64,000 nt of DNA from Zygnema circumcarinatum SAG 698-1b (Eukaryota > Plantae > Zygnematophyceae), in assembly GCA_037447605.1 (NCBI GenBank), contig CM074804.1:7107909-7171908 (forward strand). Direction: 5' to 3'. This document shows positions 23,091-35,674 of the stretch, in pieces. Under the pieces are notes generated by a model. The model was not told the DNA's origin and ran no database searches. It saw nothing but the letters and a program-made list of their open reading frames with translations. Both the position numbers and the translations under genes were made by a program. Positions within the stretch are counted from its first letter, which is position 1, and every line of letters begins with the position of its first letter.

Positions 23091-26000
23091 TTACTTTCCA
23101 ATACAGAACCGACTGAAAATTCCCGCAAGAACCTCCTCGGACACATCTTCACCAATGATTTGGCCAAGTGCCATGGCTGCCTCGCGCACGTCAATAGTCC
23201 AGAAGTCAATTGGGAGCCCCTCTTGAATGCTGCCTTTCAAGCGAAGGAGAGCCTCACTTGTTCTCATCAGCTGCTCAGCTTGCCGCTGCACAACCCAAAG
23301 GCAGGCAGAGCGGTTGAGAGATCGCGCGAGAGCGAGAGAGAGTGAGGGGAGGGGAGGGGGAGAGGGGGAAGGGGAGGGGGAGAGGGGGGAGGGGGGGGAC
23401 GGGGGAAGGGGGGAGGAGGCAGGGGGGAGGGGGGAGGGGGGTGGGATAGGTGGAAGCCAGAGAGAGAAAGAGAAATTAGGTCAATGTACCTGCCCTGTTA
23501 TGACTTTTTGCTCATGAAATACAACAAACATTTGTTTCCCAAGCTGCTTTCCTTTTATTTTTCCAACAATCCTTGTGTACCCACACCCTTTTGCGTGTGC
23601 TTACCTGATTGGCAGTCCACTGCTGGCCTTCAGCAGCTACTTGGCCCATTCCCAATATCTCCAAAAGAGCAGCTTCAAGCTCTGGCAAGCCATGGCGTGA
23701 GAGTGCGCACGTGGCAACACAGTGCCGGAAAACAGCTTTAACTCGAACCGGAACTTCAACTGTCGCAGGAATGGCCTGATCACTTTTGTTGATCACAAGA
23801 ATCGCAGGAGCCCCTGGTGGACCCCGTGAGGATTCCTGCAGAACCACATTTTCTTGATTAGGAATCGTCCCCGTTTCACCTTTTTCACAAAGCCAATTGC
23901 CCTTAACTACATAGGGATTCGCAATCAGAGACGACCTCAAGTTTCTGTACAATTACGTTACTTGTATTTTCTTCTGACTGGTGCTGACTGACTTTGGCAC
24001 CGTCCATCAAATCTTTCAAATTTTTTTGAGTTTCTCCTTCGACATAAAATGGTAAATGAAGGACGTCCATGTCCAGCACGATTCCCATGCCCGATGGATG
24101 ATACCATTATCGCTGCTTAATGTGCATTCCCACCCAAACAACAGCAGAAACCATGCCACAAAGCCGTCTGCATCCAAGCCATAAGTGTGTTTCTAGAAAC
24201 CAATGAAGCTCACCTCACTATCTCCAGCGTCCCCATGCACAGCCTCTGCCATAGGCCCCGCCAGCAACCCAGCATTGACTTGCCCGTTGACCTGCCCCTG
24301 TTGGCACCATATCCTATCAAAAATTTCATCTTCCTCGGCCGTCCATCCTTCCGCAGCGCTCATCACCAACAAAATGACATCCGCTCCTCTTGCAGCAGCT
24401 TCCGAACGTTTCACTCCTGGGCAACACATCGAAGGGAAAAAGTAAGTGGAGTTTCTTAGCATTGGCTAGCAGGACCTCTTCATATGGTCCATAAACGATT
24501 CTTATGATGAACACTGGACAAAAAGCTGATTCCCGAACGTTCAGGTGAGCTGCTGCTCAACACCAACGCATGGGACCCTCAAAGCATGACCACACTTAGC
24601 AATGGCTTCCTGCTCACAACTTCCAACAGCAAACAGTGCAGCAAGCGAATAAAACCATATCGAACAACACACAAGCATCACTCACCAATGCTTTCAACCA
24701 GGTCAGTTGTTGTTCGCATTCCTGCCGTATCGAGCAGCTGCACAGGAATGCCCGACACAGCAATGTCTGCCTCCACAACGTCTCTTGTTGTGCCAGCAAC
24801 ATCGGTCACGATAGCACGCTCACTCTGCTCACACAGCTTTAACATGCATTAGAGGGGAAAGACGACGATGGTAAGGACAAATAAAGTCTCCACCTCTCTG
24901 AAAAATAGCTCATTTACAGAGTCAACAAGTTGGCCATTGGGTCACAGTCGAATGTATTATTTCAGCAGTCGCACTGCCCGCTAGACCAGGATGGGCTGGT
25001 CTCACCCACATGGCTCCAAGCGTTGAGAAGGCTTGACTTGCCAACATTTGGTCGTCCTAAGATTGCCACCTGTAAGCACCAAAATCTCGATCAAATAATG
25101 GCCATTTAGAAGGAAAACATAGATCATCAATAAGGAGGTGCTAGTCCTTACCATGCCGGCTAAAAAAGCAATGAAGAGACCATTGGAAAATCCTACCAAC
25201 ACGGGATGGCAGAACAGCAAAATCAAATGAATTTACCTAGTGAAAGCTAAGCTTTATGCCTTTATTCGGATCCAGTTACCCTGTGATTCACACATTACTT
25301 GCTGAAAAAATTATAAGCTACTTTTTAAGAGCCTACCTTTAATCCAGTCTGAAGCAAGCGGCCACGTTTTGCTGTGCGCAAGCTCTCCTGCACTTGATTC
25401 CACATGGCATCAATTCGCCGCAATATATGGTCGCAATCTAACGCTTGAAGCTCATCATCAAAGTCCAGGCGAGCCTCCATCTCCACAAGAAGGTCAATGC
25501 ATTCCGACCGAAGCTCCTTCACCACTGCTGATAATCCACCCTAGGCCAACTCGCCATGCCCTACAGAACAATTACTTGTCTTGTTTCACTTAACCGGTGC
25601 AATCAATGTGCAGGCAAGCATTGAAAGCCATTAGCCCTAAGCAATTAGGGACCAACCTCACGTGTAATTGATCATAGGCCAGGCAGATAGCCTGCTGCAA
25701 TCAATCCAATACTATCGAGCAGATTTAAACAAGCCATCGTCATGAGTATTAAGCCTCCGCGGAATGGAAGCAGAATGCTTATGACTGCGTAAGTCACCAC
25801 TTGAGAAGCAACAACCAGTAGAAAGAAATGGGAAGGAAACGGAACAACTATGGACATATATGCTCTCTTGCATGTGGTATGCTCACCTGCATGTTCGCCA
25901 GAGCGCTGTCGGCAGCCCCGGCTGTCCGGGCGGCAACAAGCTCTGCAACGCTCTCAGCTTGAGACAGGTTCAGCCGGCCATTCAAAAACGCTCGCAACGT

Positions 26001-28697
26001 GAATTCGCCTGCGCATAAGATGCACACCCCTGGTCGGTGTCTCTCTATGAATCTGACCAACATGGATCTCGCACAGCACATGACTGTCAGAACACAATCA
26101 CACTGGCAACTGAAAAACTGCTTTAGAGAGTTTAATCTCCATCCAGCCAGCAGACCGGCCTGACTTTTTTTCGTGAAGTCGTAGGTACCCAACACATCAC
26201 TACCATCTTAGATGTATTTTGTCCCTCCCTCTTATGGTCATGCCACTCCCCTGCATGAAAGATTGGGTGAGCATTATCTGTTGTTGAGTCTCTTCCTTAC
26301 AAGCCCTACCTGGCTTTGCCAACCTTGCCCCAGCCTCTAGGCAAAGCTGCAGCACTCTGCTGCTGCAGACCTCCCCACCGTGGCAGTGCACCTCGATCAC
26401 ATCCTCTGCAGTGTAGGAGCGTCGCCCGAGCATTGGCAGCACCAAGACCTGTCATGGGCAGCCACCACATTCCAACTTAAAAATAACCCAACTACAATGG
26501 AACAGGGGCAAAACCTTTAGACCAGTGAAAGAACATAAATTGGAACTAGCAGGTCGTACGGACAGTTGTGGAAGACAGAACAACAGAAATGGCCCTTAAC
26601 GGTGAAATGCTCAGGCTACAAAATTACGTCAGCGCAAACGGCAGCTAAGCAAATGAGTATACAAATAAACTCTGTCAACGCATAAAAGCTTGGCAAGAGT
26701 CAACACATATAGGTGAAGAGCCTCATATATCTCACCTCATCAACAACGGCATTGCCATTGGCAGTGTCGATGACTACTCCATGTACTACTCGGTGACTTT
26801 CAGGCTGCCATAGGTCACTTGAGCAATCCCCATCACTTCGTTTCCACCGCGAAGGGCGAAATATCTGGGAGACAAGCTGGACTGAAGAGGAACCTGATAA
26901 ACGTATAATGGCAACACCGCCTGGACCCTGCTTTCCCACGACAGCTGTAACGATAGCAGCAATTGTGTCTGAGCTCTCTGATGAGGTTTCCTTGCTTGGC
27001 TCTGTGTCTAAATTTTCGGAAGGTGAAAGCTGAGCAAATGGTTGACTGCGCAGATCTTGGTACTTCGCTGTGACTGAAAGTGGGCATAACACATGAATAA
27101 CAGAAAACTATCAGCTTTGTGAATATCAGAGTATCCTGCTTCATTTGAAGTACGGCCATTCTTGGCTGCTGTCATTGCAGAGCATCATTTATCCTGTCTG
27201 AGCTTGAATCATGCAAATGATCACCACAATACTGACAGCAAACTTTACTTACGCATATAATCTGCATTCATAGGTTCATTGAACAACCTTCACCAACACG
27301 CAAGGAGTAGCAATATATGTACAGCTTAACAAGTAGATAGATTTTGATGAAGCTTTTGAGATGCGTGTGACATACAAACTCTACCAATGCTGGCTGCTGT
27401 AGATAGCTCACATATGTAAGGAATGGAACGAAACACAGTTACTCTAAAAAATGCCTCAATGAAGAGATAGGTTGTCAGTTTTGGATGAACTTATGATGCA
27501 TCCCAAAACATGATAGAGTTTAACCCATTTGTTCTTCAAAGGGATGAGTGGTAAGTACAAGCATACCTGCAGATTGGCTATCTTGAAGCTTCTCCGCAGA
27601 CGTTTCCGACTTCCAAGCACTCCGACTCTGCTTATCCAGGTGGTCGATCCTCGATACACACTTCAGTCTACAGCAAGTTCCAACCGACCAAAGTCAATAA
27701 AAACTTAGTTCATGAAGAAAGTGAATCCTTGACTTTCAGATCCGACTTCTTTAAGAACTTGTTAAAATGGAAGAAAGCAGATAGAACTCAAGAATGATGT
27801 CCTCAATGAAGTTGTACAGTTTGTAGCGTCATATGTATGAAACCGTTCAATCATTGTCAATACCGAAGGATTCTAGCGTGCTGGTATCCTTCATTTCTTA
27901 GCATATAGCGGTTGGTTGCCTATCTATCTATAGTCCTCATCAACACATAAAACCGCCCTTCTAAAGCCGAGCACGATCTAACGCTATGCATGGAGTTCCT
28001 GACTGCTTAGTATTGTTCTTAACATGGATATTAACTAACCACCGACTGCTCTCGCATCGTGTTCCTAAAACCCATTGACCGAACGATCATGTCAAAACCT
28101 TACGATTGTAAGGTCAGTTCTCGCTTGAACTGCAGCCGTTTTCTAGACTACAGGAGATGCTGTTGAACAGCATTTAAGACAAGAAATTTAAGGAAAACTT
28201 TTTAACATCTTAGAAAAGGGGAGAATTGATTGCCTTTGTTTCATCAGTTTAAAAGACACAGACGAGGTGGGACTAGTAAGGGATTATTAAAAAGAAAGTT
28301 TACTTTAGACTATTCTTTTCCATGAATCTGCTGAATGCAATGATGAGCAGTTCGCGTCTATATAAAATTCCTGATGGAACAACTTTAGGTTTTTTAATTA
28401 CATTGGTGATTGTCTCCTCTCCTTGGCACAATCTTTCGTAGAATAGCGATTTTGCTGTGTAGCACCCATTTGTCCAAGCCTTTGCCACCAACATCCTGTC
28501 CGAATCGCAAAGCCTACGCTTTGATGCGCTCTGTCGAATGCATGTTGCGACTGCCTCTTTGCTGGAGAATGTTCCTTCGTACAAGGCGTAATGCTGCAAA
28601 TGCATGAATGCGACGTCATCCTGGCTGCGGACTGGTTCCACTGCTCCACATGTGTTCTTAGAGATGATCTGAATGCGAAATGCGTCCTCACAAGCAT
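23091..28697 (-). CDS. mnmE: Organellar tRNA modification GTPase MnmE/TrmE (GTPBP3-like) with transit-peptide-like N-terminus, about 11 exons
   Basis: Exons 28697-28402, 27667-27567, 27073-26736, 26448-26310, 26008-25887, 25540-25337, 25069-25010, 24824-24686, 24416-24214, 23835-23605 and 23285-23091. Motifs [60 protein letters not shown] and IFSRFCIGK*. The start is inferred from phase compatibility. Confidence 0.95.
23327..23470 (+). repeat. G-run-rich purine tract in the last MnmE intron
   Basis: More than 12 runs of 3 or more G separated by short A spacers. C-rich in the pre-mRNA, about 45-185 nt upstream of the acceptor at 23286. Confidence 0.85.
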
Positions 28698-28900
28698 TCA
28701 TGCAACAAAAGAGCGTACACGCAGGCTGGACATATGACAGTTGTAAATTCCTAAAGAGCTCGCATGTCTGAGCACCTTGAAGCCAGCCTAGCCCCTCTAT
28801 GCAGCAGAGAAAAGAGAAAAGTGAAGTGGGAAAATATGCATTGTTCGCAGCATCAGCAGATATCTGCAAGCCTTTTCCATTCAGAAACTGGCCTTGGGCA

Positions 28901-28957
28901 TTTTGGCCTTTTGGCCTTTTGGCCTTTTGGCCCTTTTGGCCTTTTAGCCTTTTGGCC
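28901..28957. repeat. (TTTTGGCC)x7 tandem octamer in the MnmE/SRP68 divergent promoter
   Basis: Seven consecutive units, one TTTTGGCCC and one TTTTAGCC variant. Confidence 0.93.
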
Positions 28958-29418
28958 TTGTCGCCTCTGGCTTTTCGAGTTCAAAGGAAACCCCCCGGGC
29001 CGCAGATAACTACTTCCGGACGCCTAAGTACTATCCTCAGAGGACTATTGAAGGCCGCGACGGACGTGTTTGGGACGATGACTGAGTGAGAATACCTTCC
29101 CGGAGACCTCAAAGGCCGGTGGTGAACCCTGGCAAGCAGAAGGGCTTGCACTGCCGTCATTGCTACCCGCCTCCTTTTTGAGACGCACTACAGCAGCAGA
29201 TCAGGAGAGTAAGATGCTTTTGTGCTAACTTTGTGCTGCCAGCCGCTAATGTTATGCTGGAATCGGAGAGCTTGCAGTGTTTGGTGTGCACAATTAGTTT
29301 GATTGCTAGTCAATAGCTGAGATTGGACTCAATCGCAGCCTGAAGAGCTGGTGGCACATTAGTGTTGAATCTTGCCTCGCCCTGTTAAGTATTCCTTTGC
29401 CTATACAAATGCGAAAGG

Positions 29419-32400
29419 ATGGCCAAAGCCACTCCAATGGACGTTGATGAAGTTCCAGAGACCAGCGATGTTGCACCCACGGTTTTATCTATCAGTGGTG
29501 AGTCGAGGCTTTTCCGATCGCCCAGAAGAGCCTTCAGATTTTGCAAGGCTAATGACTATTTTGCGTATGACTTGCCAATTTACCTTTGTCAAGTTTAGAG
29601 TTATCCTTATCGATCTCCATTGTGGCCCCGTCAATTGCTTGTGACACCTTTCTTAACTGATACTACGAATCGGTCTTCTCTGCTTTTGCAGTTTTACAGC
29701 TAATCAAGCAGGCTCAGTCTCAGCATGGGGCACGTTATAGTGACTACCAGCGATACAGGTAGGATGGATTGCCTTGTAATCTTTTAAGAGTTCTATGACA
29801 ATCTAACGGAGAACCTCAACTGCTTCAAATCACTACAGCTGCGACGTTTACCCGTCTTTGCTTGGTAAATAGTCTCTTGTGCAATTTGGGGAATTCTGCC
29901 CAGTGTCGATAACTATCTTAGCACTTTCTAATGTCGAAGCATACATGCTATACGCACCTCAGGGCCAATCACAGGCTTGCTGATTCAAAAGTAAAGACTG
30001 GCTCAGCAGTTCCAATAGCCGGTGATTATTGAAATTTGGCTTACAGGGAGTGAGCAGTCTCGTTTGGGTGCATATTTGATACTTCGACGACCGTTGAAAG
30101 AATGTTACGTTTCTAGACTGTTTGGTAATACTTCAGTACACTTTTGTGAACTCGGGTTCGTTTGAATTGTTGGTTATAAATGCAGGAGATACTGTTGTTC
30201 CCGATTGAGACGTTTGTACAAGTCTCTCAAGTTCTTGCACGGACGTGGAAAATATGTGAAGAAACAACTTGATGCTAGCATGGTGACTGATGTCAGGTAA
30301 TAAAGAAGACACTGCTCTTCATGTTTTCAGTATGTTTGCAATGACTATTTTTTCTAATTTGTAAATATTGCAGTTGCCATCAATGATTGTTAAGGTTATG
30401 CTCATGAGGTTGATATTGTCGTATACGTGTTGCAAATGCAGGATAATGATGCATTTGACCTCTGCTTTGACACAATCTGCGTAGTATCATCACAATTACG
30501 GTGATGTTAAAGGAATCCATACTCATGCTTGTTGCAGGTATCTTCATATTCCCCTGTATTTAGCAGAACGTGCATGGGGTTACGCCATGGATCTCAAGGC
30601 TATAGACAGTGGACCTGACTTATCTCGTAAGCACGCACATCTCATCAGGCGCATGAGGAAGGCAGCAAAATGGGCAGATTTGTTTTCCAGGCTTTGCGCA
30701 GAGAAAGCAGATCCAAGAACTGCACTTGAAGCAGAGGTAATAAGCGTGTTTTGGACTGATTCGGAGAATCGCATCATTAGACGTTGACTTTTCAATAACC
30801 ATGCACGTTTGAGCTGAATATCATGGTTTCTTGTCACTTCAACAAGTCTCTCATGAATACTTTGGGTCTTTTCTTTTCTCCTGTCTGCTGGTGGTCTCAA
30901 ACTTTATTGAGACATGTAGAGGCTTTTGACATTTTTTGCGGCTGGATGATTTCACATTTCAGGCATACGCATCCTATATGCAAGGAAATGTACTCCTTGA
31001 GAAGGAGACAGACTGGGAGGTAGCCCTGAGCAAGTTCTTGCGTGTAAGGTGTGTTCTCCTTCATGACCAATGGCAACGATAACCCGTCTCAGTGCTTCCC
31101 GGAAGGGTGGAAGTTTATGCACATTCTTCTGATTGATTCATCGTTGCTTGTTTTGCATACTTCTAGTATATGGTTGCGGTGAAGTTTCTCACTTGCTAGC
31201 TCGTTTTAGGGTCAAGAATGACTGAAAGGATCTGCTGAGCCTCAACTTTCTCTTTATGCAGGACAGTCTATGAGCAGCTGGGGAAGGTGGGTGAGGTAAA
31301 CCATCAAGTCCTTTGCCGACAGCGTGCAGAGGAAATGGAGCCGAATATCCGGTACTGCCGGTACAAGATGGGCCAAACTGATATGCAAGGTGCAGCTCTT
31401 CGAGAGCTTAGCAGTACACAGGAAAATCCTGCAATGGACCTATTGCAATCAAAGCTGGAGGTACGTTTTCTCTCTGGTCCGCCCCTTTGGTACAAAAGGC
31501 CTTTTCCTTGTAGCTTTATTAATGTGCTATGCTAAAGTTCCACCTAGCATTATCATTTTATGTCATAATCAAGGAGGTGAAGGTACATCTTGATTACAAC
31601 ATGTGTGAACCTGCAAAATGCTACGGTTTTTTCTTGCTCTCGTTATCGTGTTGGTTTTGTAAGGTAGGTCCAAGTAGCACATGGTTTCATTGATTCAACT
31701 AAAGTTAGTGTCACTGGATGTTGCTGACTGATCTCAACTTGAGAGAATATGTCCAGGCCGTCATGGAGGAAGCAAGGTCACAACAGGCAGCAGCGCTGAC
31801 CGAACTTGTTTGGTTGGGCCGCCACTTGCCCCTGCACAGTGCAAAGACTCGGCTCAGTATGTTGAAAGGTCAGTTAATGTTATCCTCTTGTCTTCTCATC
31901 ATCCTTTGTGATTTCAGAAGTTTGGTTTGTGTTAGGATTGTGAAATCGTGAACCTTGAATATCTTAATCTTCTTGAAATTGCAAGATTAAGATTAACGAT
32001 TGCTCAGCAGAGCCAGCTGCTGTCTGATTTCCTGCGAGAATAGCATGAGCTTAAGTCTATCAATGTCAAGCCCAGTTCGATGTGCAACACTAGAAGATTT
32101 CGAGGAAGCACTTGCCGTTGAAATATTCGTTAATTGCAGTGTTAGCACCATATACAGCGCACCTCAGCGGCCATGGTTTTGATTTAGTAGGCCATGAGCT
32201 CTAGAGGGTGCGCAACAGTACTTGAGCCATTACTTTGTGGGAGAGGCCCCTGGTTGCCCTCCTGCTTTCTCAATGGCCTACATGTCCTTGGACTCTATCT
32301 TAATCTGTATTTCACCCTAATGCCAAGTTGGCTGGTCGTCAGTGACTGGCTTTTAGTAGCAGGGATGTGGAAGGTCTTCAAAGTGAGCATCTCAGAAATG

Positions 32401-34789
32401 TTGGACAGTGGGAAATACCCTTTGAGTAGGGCCCTTTGTAGCAGAGCCATTCCATTTTATAGGTGGTAACATGGAAATGCTTTTTACTGCTCAGCTCTGA
32501 CCTCCCGCTCACAGATTTGAAAATGGAGTTTGTGAGGCTGCAGCTCAGGAGCTGGAGGCGGATCTAGGTGGTGCTAATTACGAACGGAAACTTGGAATTT
32601 ATGACAAAATTTTCGTAACGTATCAAGAAGCAAAGCGCCAAATCCGGGAGGACTTGGTGAGATATCCCTGGCGATCTAGGAAGCATATTGTACTCAACCA
32701 TTGGCTATCATTCTAAGTGCTAAGTATCGAAAACATTGCTGATTTGTCCCCAGAATCATTCGTTGCATGATATGATCCATATATATGTGTAGTCGCGATA
32801 CTCAGCATCTATGTCGTGAAGGCCACTTAATTGAGGCCACGTTGATACATTTGTTTGTGTACTTAAAAGAAAATCTGGTGACACCTTCGTGATTGTTTGT
32901 TTGCAGGTTGCTGCTGGGAGCGCTGATGATGTGAAGGAGGAGTTGGCAGCTCTTGAACGGTCAGTGACAAGCATGCTGCTGCAACGGACTATAGAGAGGA
33001 ACTTGGTACTGGTTGAGGCAGCAAAGGCACGACTGGAACGACAGCAACAGGGGGTGAAGGAGGAAAAGATGGCTCGACCTGAGGACTTGGTTCGGTTATA
33101 TGACACCCTTATTCAGGTAAGCTTTTATCTTATTTTTTCAATGTTGGCTCCTCTTTGTATGTCACGACATACATTCTGTTGCATTGGCGTCTTCCATGTG
33201 TTCTAACAGCAAAAATGCAGTTCCGTCGTAGCCTTGCCACGAATAAGTTCTACCCTAGCTTGTTTTCTGCTTGGTATCCTGACTGCCAAAGTATGATCTT
33301 CACAGCGACGTTTTCCCCTTCCTTTGATGTCTGCTAATCGTGCTCTTGTTCATATGTAGATTTGTGCATCGTTTGGTCTGGCAAGTAGACTGCATGTCCT
33401 GTTAGTCAGGAAAGGTTGGTTGAACTTATTTGTGGACCTTGTGGATTTTGGCAATGCAGAATGTGTCGGACTTAGCTGAAATTACCACATCAGCTAAGCA
33501 ACAGAGCAGGGAAGTTGTAAAGTTTGCTGAGGAATTGACAGCATCGAAGGAGCGGTTCCAGGCACAACGGTGGGCAATCAACTTTTTTTTCTATTTGAAA
33601 GCTGCCTTTACTGTTATTCGTCGAACCTTAACTTGTGTTTGGGAAACCTCATGAAGTTTTCTTGTGGTTGGTGGTAATGAGGGACTGACGTCATACCACA
33701 TGCTTTGATATCTTTCCAGCTGTCAGTATGTGGCGCAATCATTTGCAGTGGGCCAAAAGTATGCTGAAGCATACGTGCTTTATGGCAAGGCTGCTGCGGC
33801 GGCAATGGAGGCTCTAGAGAGTTATCAACAACTTGAAAAGCGGCAGCAGGTGAAGCGTTATTCCTTCATATATATTAGACTACGCCCCCTCAGGAATCTG
33901 TCACTTTTACTAAGCTAATGTTCGTTCATAACCTGCTCGAGTTCTCCTCTGTATGGATGTTCTGCGGTTGCAGCAATTTCTCGACGGAATTGTTAGGACT
34001 TGTCGAGAGCTAGCGCAAAGGGAATGCACCGCAACAGTGCCCAATTCTATTAAAAATATTACTGTTCATTTCAGTTTGTAGCTTCCATACAGCAGTTCTC
34101 GTTGAGCAAGGAAAGGAAAAGACTTACTCGCTTTTTCTGAGGTACTGTGACTTCTGCAGAAAGACGAGGCGGAGCTGCAGGAACTACTACAGCGTTGCAG
34201 GATGCAGAAATGTCTGGTCCATGCGCGCGCTAATTTGGAGGCTTCCAAGGATAAGGATGGAATTCGTCATGGCTTGGCAAAAATAGCTCTACAGGACAGG
34301 CGTGCATCGCCCGTCGATCAAGTACGTGCTTTCTCGAAGCTCTTCTGCACCATGATTTAAGCCCCTGCGATGTACTGGCGATAGGAACTGCTCTTTGATG
34401 TTGCGTTTATTCTTATGAACCTAATGGAATTAGAGTTGCACCTCTTGTGTATGCCATATACCTAGGAAGTTAATGCAGTTTGACCGGCGACTTGTAGCTT
34501 TGCAGAGGTTGCCTCTTTCATAATTTCTGAGTGTGCCTGTCCTGTGCAGTCTGACAATCAATATCTCCTCGATTTCCTTCATGAATACCGCTCAGCATTA
34601 GCGCCTGGTACTAAGGCTACGGGCTTTAGAATAGCTCAAATTCCTTCCAGTTTCCAAGCAATCCCCTGTCGGCCTATCGTCCTGGACACGGCCGTGAACA
34701 CTTTCCAATTTCCTTCTTTGGAGGGCCGCGTTAAGAAGGACACCAAGAAGGCGACGGGGTGGCTGGGTGGCATTTTTGGACGACGCTGA
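29419..34789 (+). CDS. SRP68: Signal recognition particle subunit SRP68, about 13 exons
   Basis: MAKATPMDVDE...SV|LQLIKQAQSQHGARYSDYQRYR|RYCCSRLRRLYKSLKF; AERAWGYAMDLK; RMRKAAKWA; EEMEPNIRYCRY; C-terminal FQAIPCRPIVLDTA...GWLGGIFGRR*. GT-AG junctions traced. Confidence 0.95.
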
Positions 34790-35674
34790 CACCGGAAAGT
34801 TAAATAGATTTCAATTGTGGAAACCTGTTGGCAGCGTTGTTCGTCAAACCTGATTGGGAATCGAGGATGGTGACCATCTTTAATGCTGTTGCTGTAGTAG
34901 GTTCTTAAGACCGTAGGATCACAAACCCTTGTTCCCTTAGTCGTGTCGTGAAGCAGAATTAGCCTTGTGAAAATGATAAACGGGAGTCATTATCGTAAGA
35001 AGTCGGAGGCTCCAGAGGCTTCCAATCTGTGCAGCTGCTTTTGCAAACTCTTGTTGTTCGTTCTCACGCCTTCACACTTTCCAGACAAACCCAGGACCAA
35101 GTTAGATCCAGGCCTCGTTGTGGGTAAAAGCGAACAGCCAAATAATCCAACAAGTGATCCGTTTTCCCAGTAATCTCTACCAGCATTCTTGGACTTAACT
35201 AGAGAGGGAAAAAGAAGCGTCCTTACACATGATCAAGCAATGCATTGTGAATACACGTCTTATGCTCGACAAAACGCCTGTACATGAAATGACTTCACTA
35301 AACTGCGAAGATCCTTACTCTATTACGACAATCATGATGGTTCGCTCATCAAAGTCCAAAAGAATCGCAGAAAGATCACTTCGTCGTGAGTGATATACGC
35401 CCTAAGACTGAATCCAATTGATCCCACAAGCTCCTCCTGCTGGAGAGTGCAGACTCAGGCAGTCGCTGGCGGCCGGCTGTGTGTGGGAGAGAGAGACGAG
35501 AGCGAGAGAGGACCCCTACTTGGTCAAAAAGCGCATATGGAAGGTGTGAGCCAGGTCGGGTCGCTGTGCAGGACAGAGCGAGCGCGGGAGATTTGAAACT
35601 AAAATGTGAAAGGGAGGGAGCGGCGTTACGGTGTTGCGGCGCCGGCGGTCGCCTGCAAGGGGCAGGTCTCCGAC

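Noticed and set aside
26410-26440. MnmE GRRSYT instead of the usual (A/G)PRSYT, and SUV3 HRGPT instead of HCGPT
   Set aside because: Single substitutions with all catalytic motifs intact. They could be polymorphism or sequencing error and are not evidence of pseudogenisation.
28300-28869. 189-aa minus-strand ORF upstream of MnmE
   Set aside because: It overlaps the phase-compatible first MnmE exon in another frame and has no recognisable features.
28901-28957. Regular repeats as a CRISPR array
   Set aside because: 8-bp units with no spacers, in a eukaryotic context, and no cas genes.
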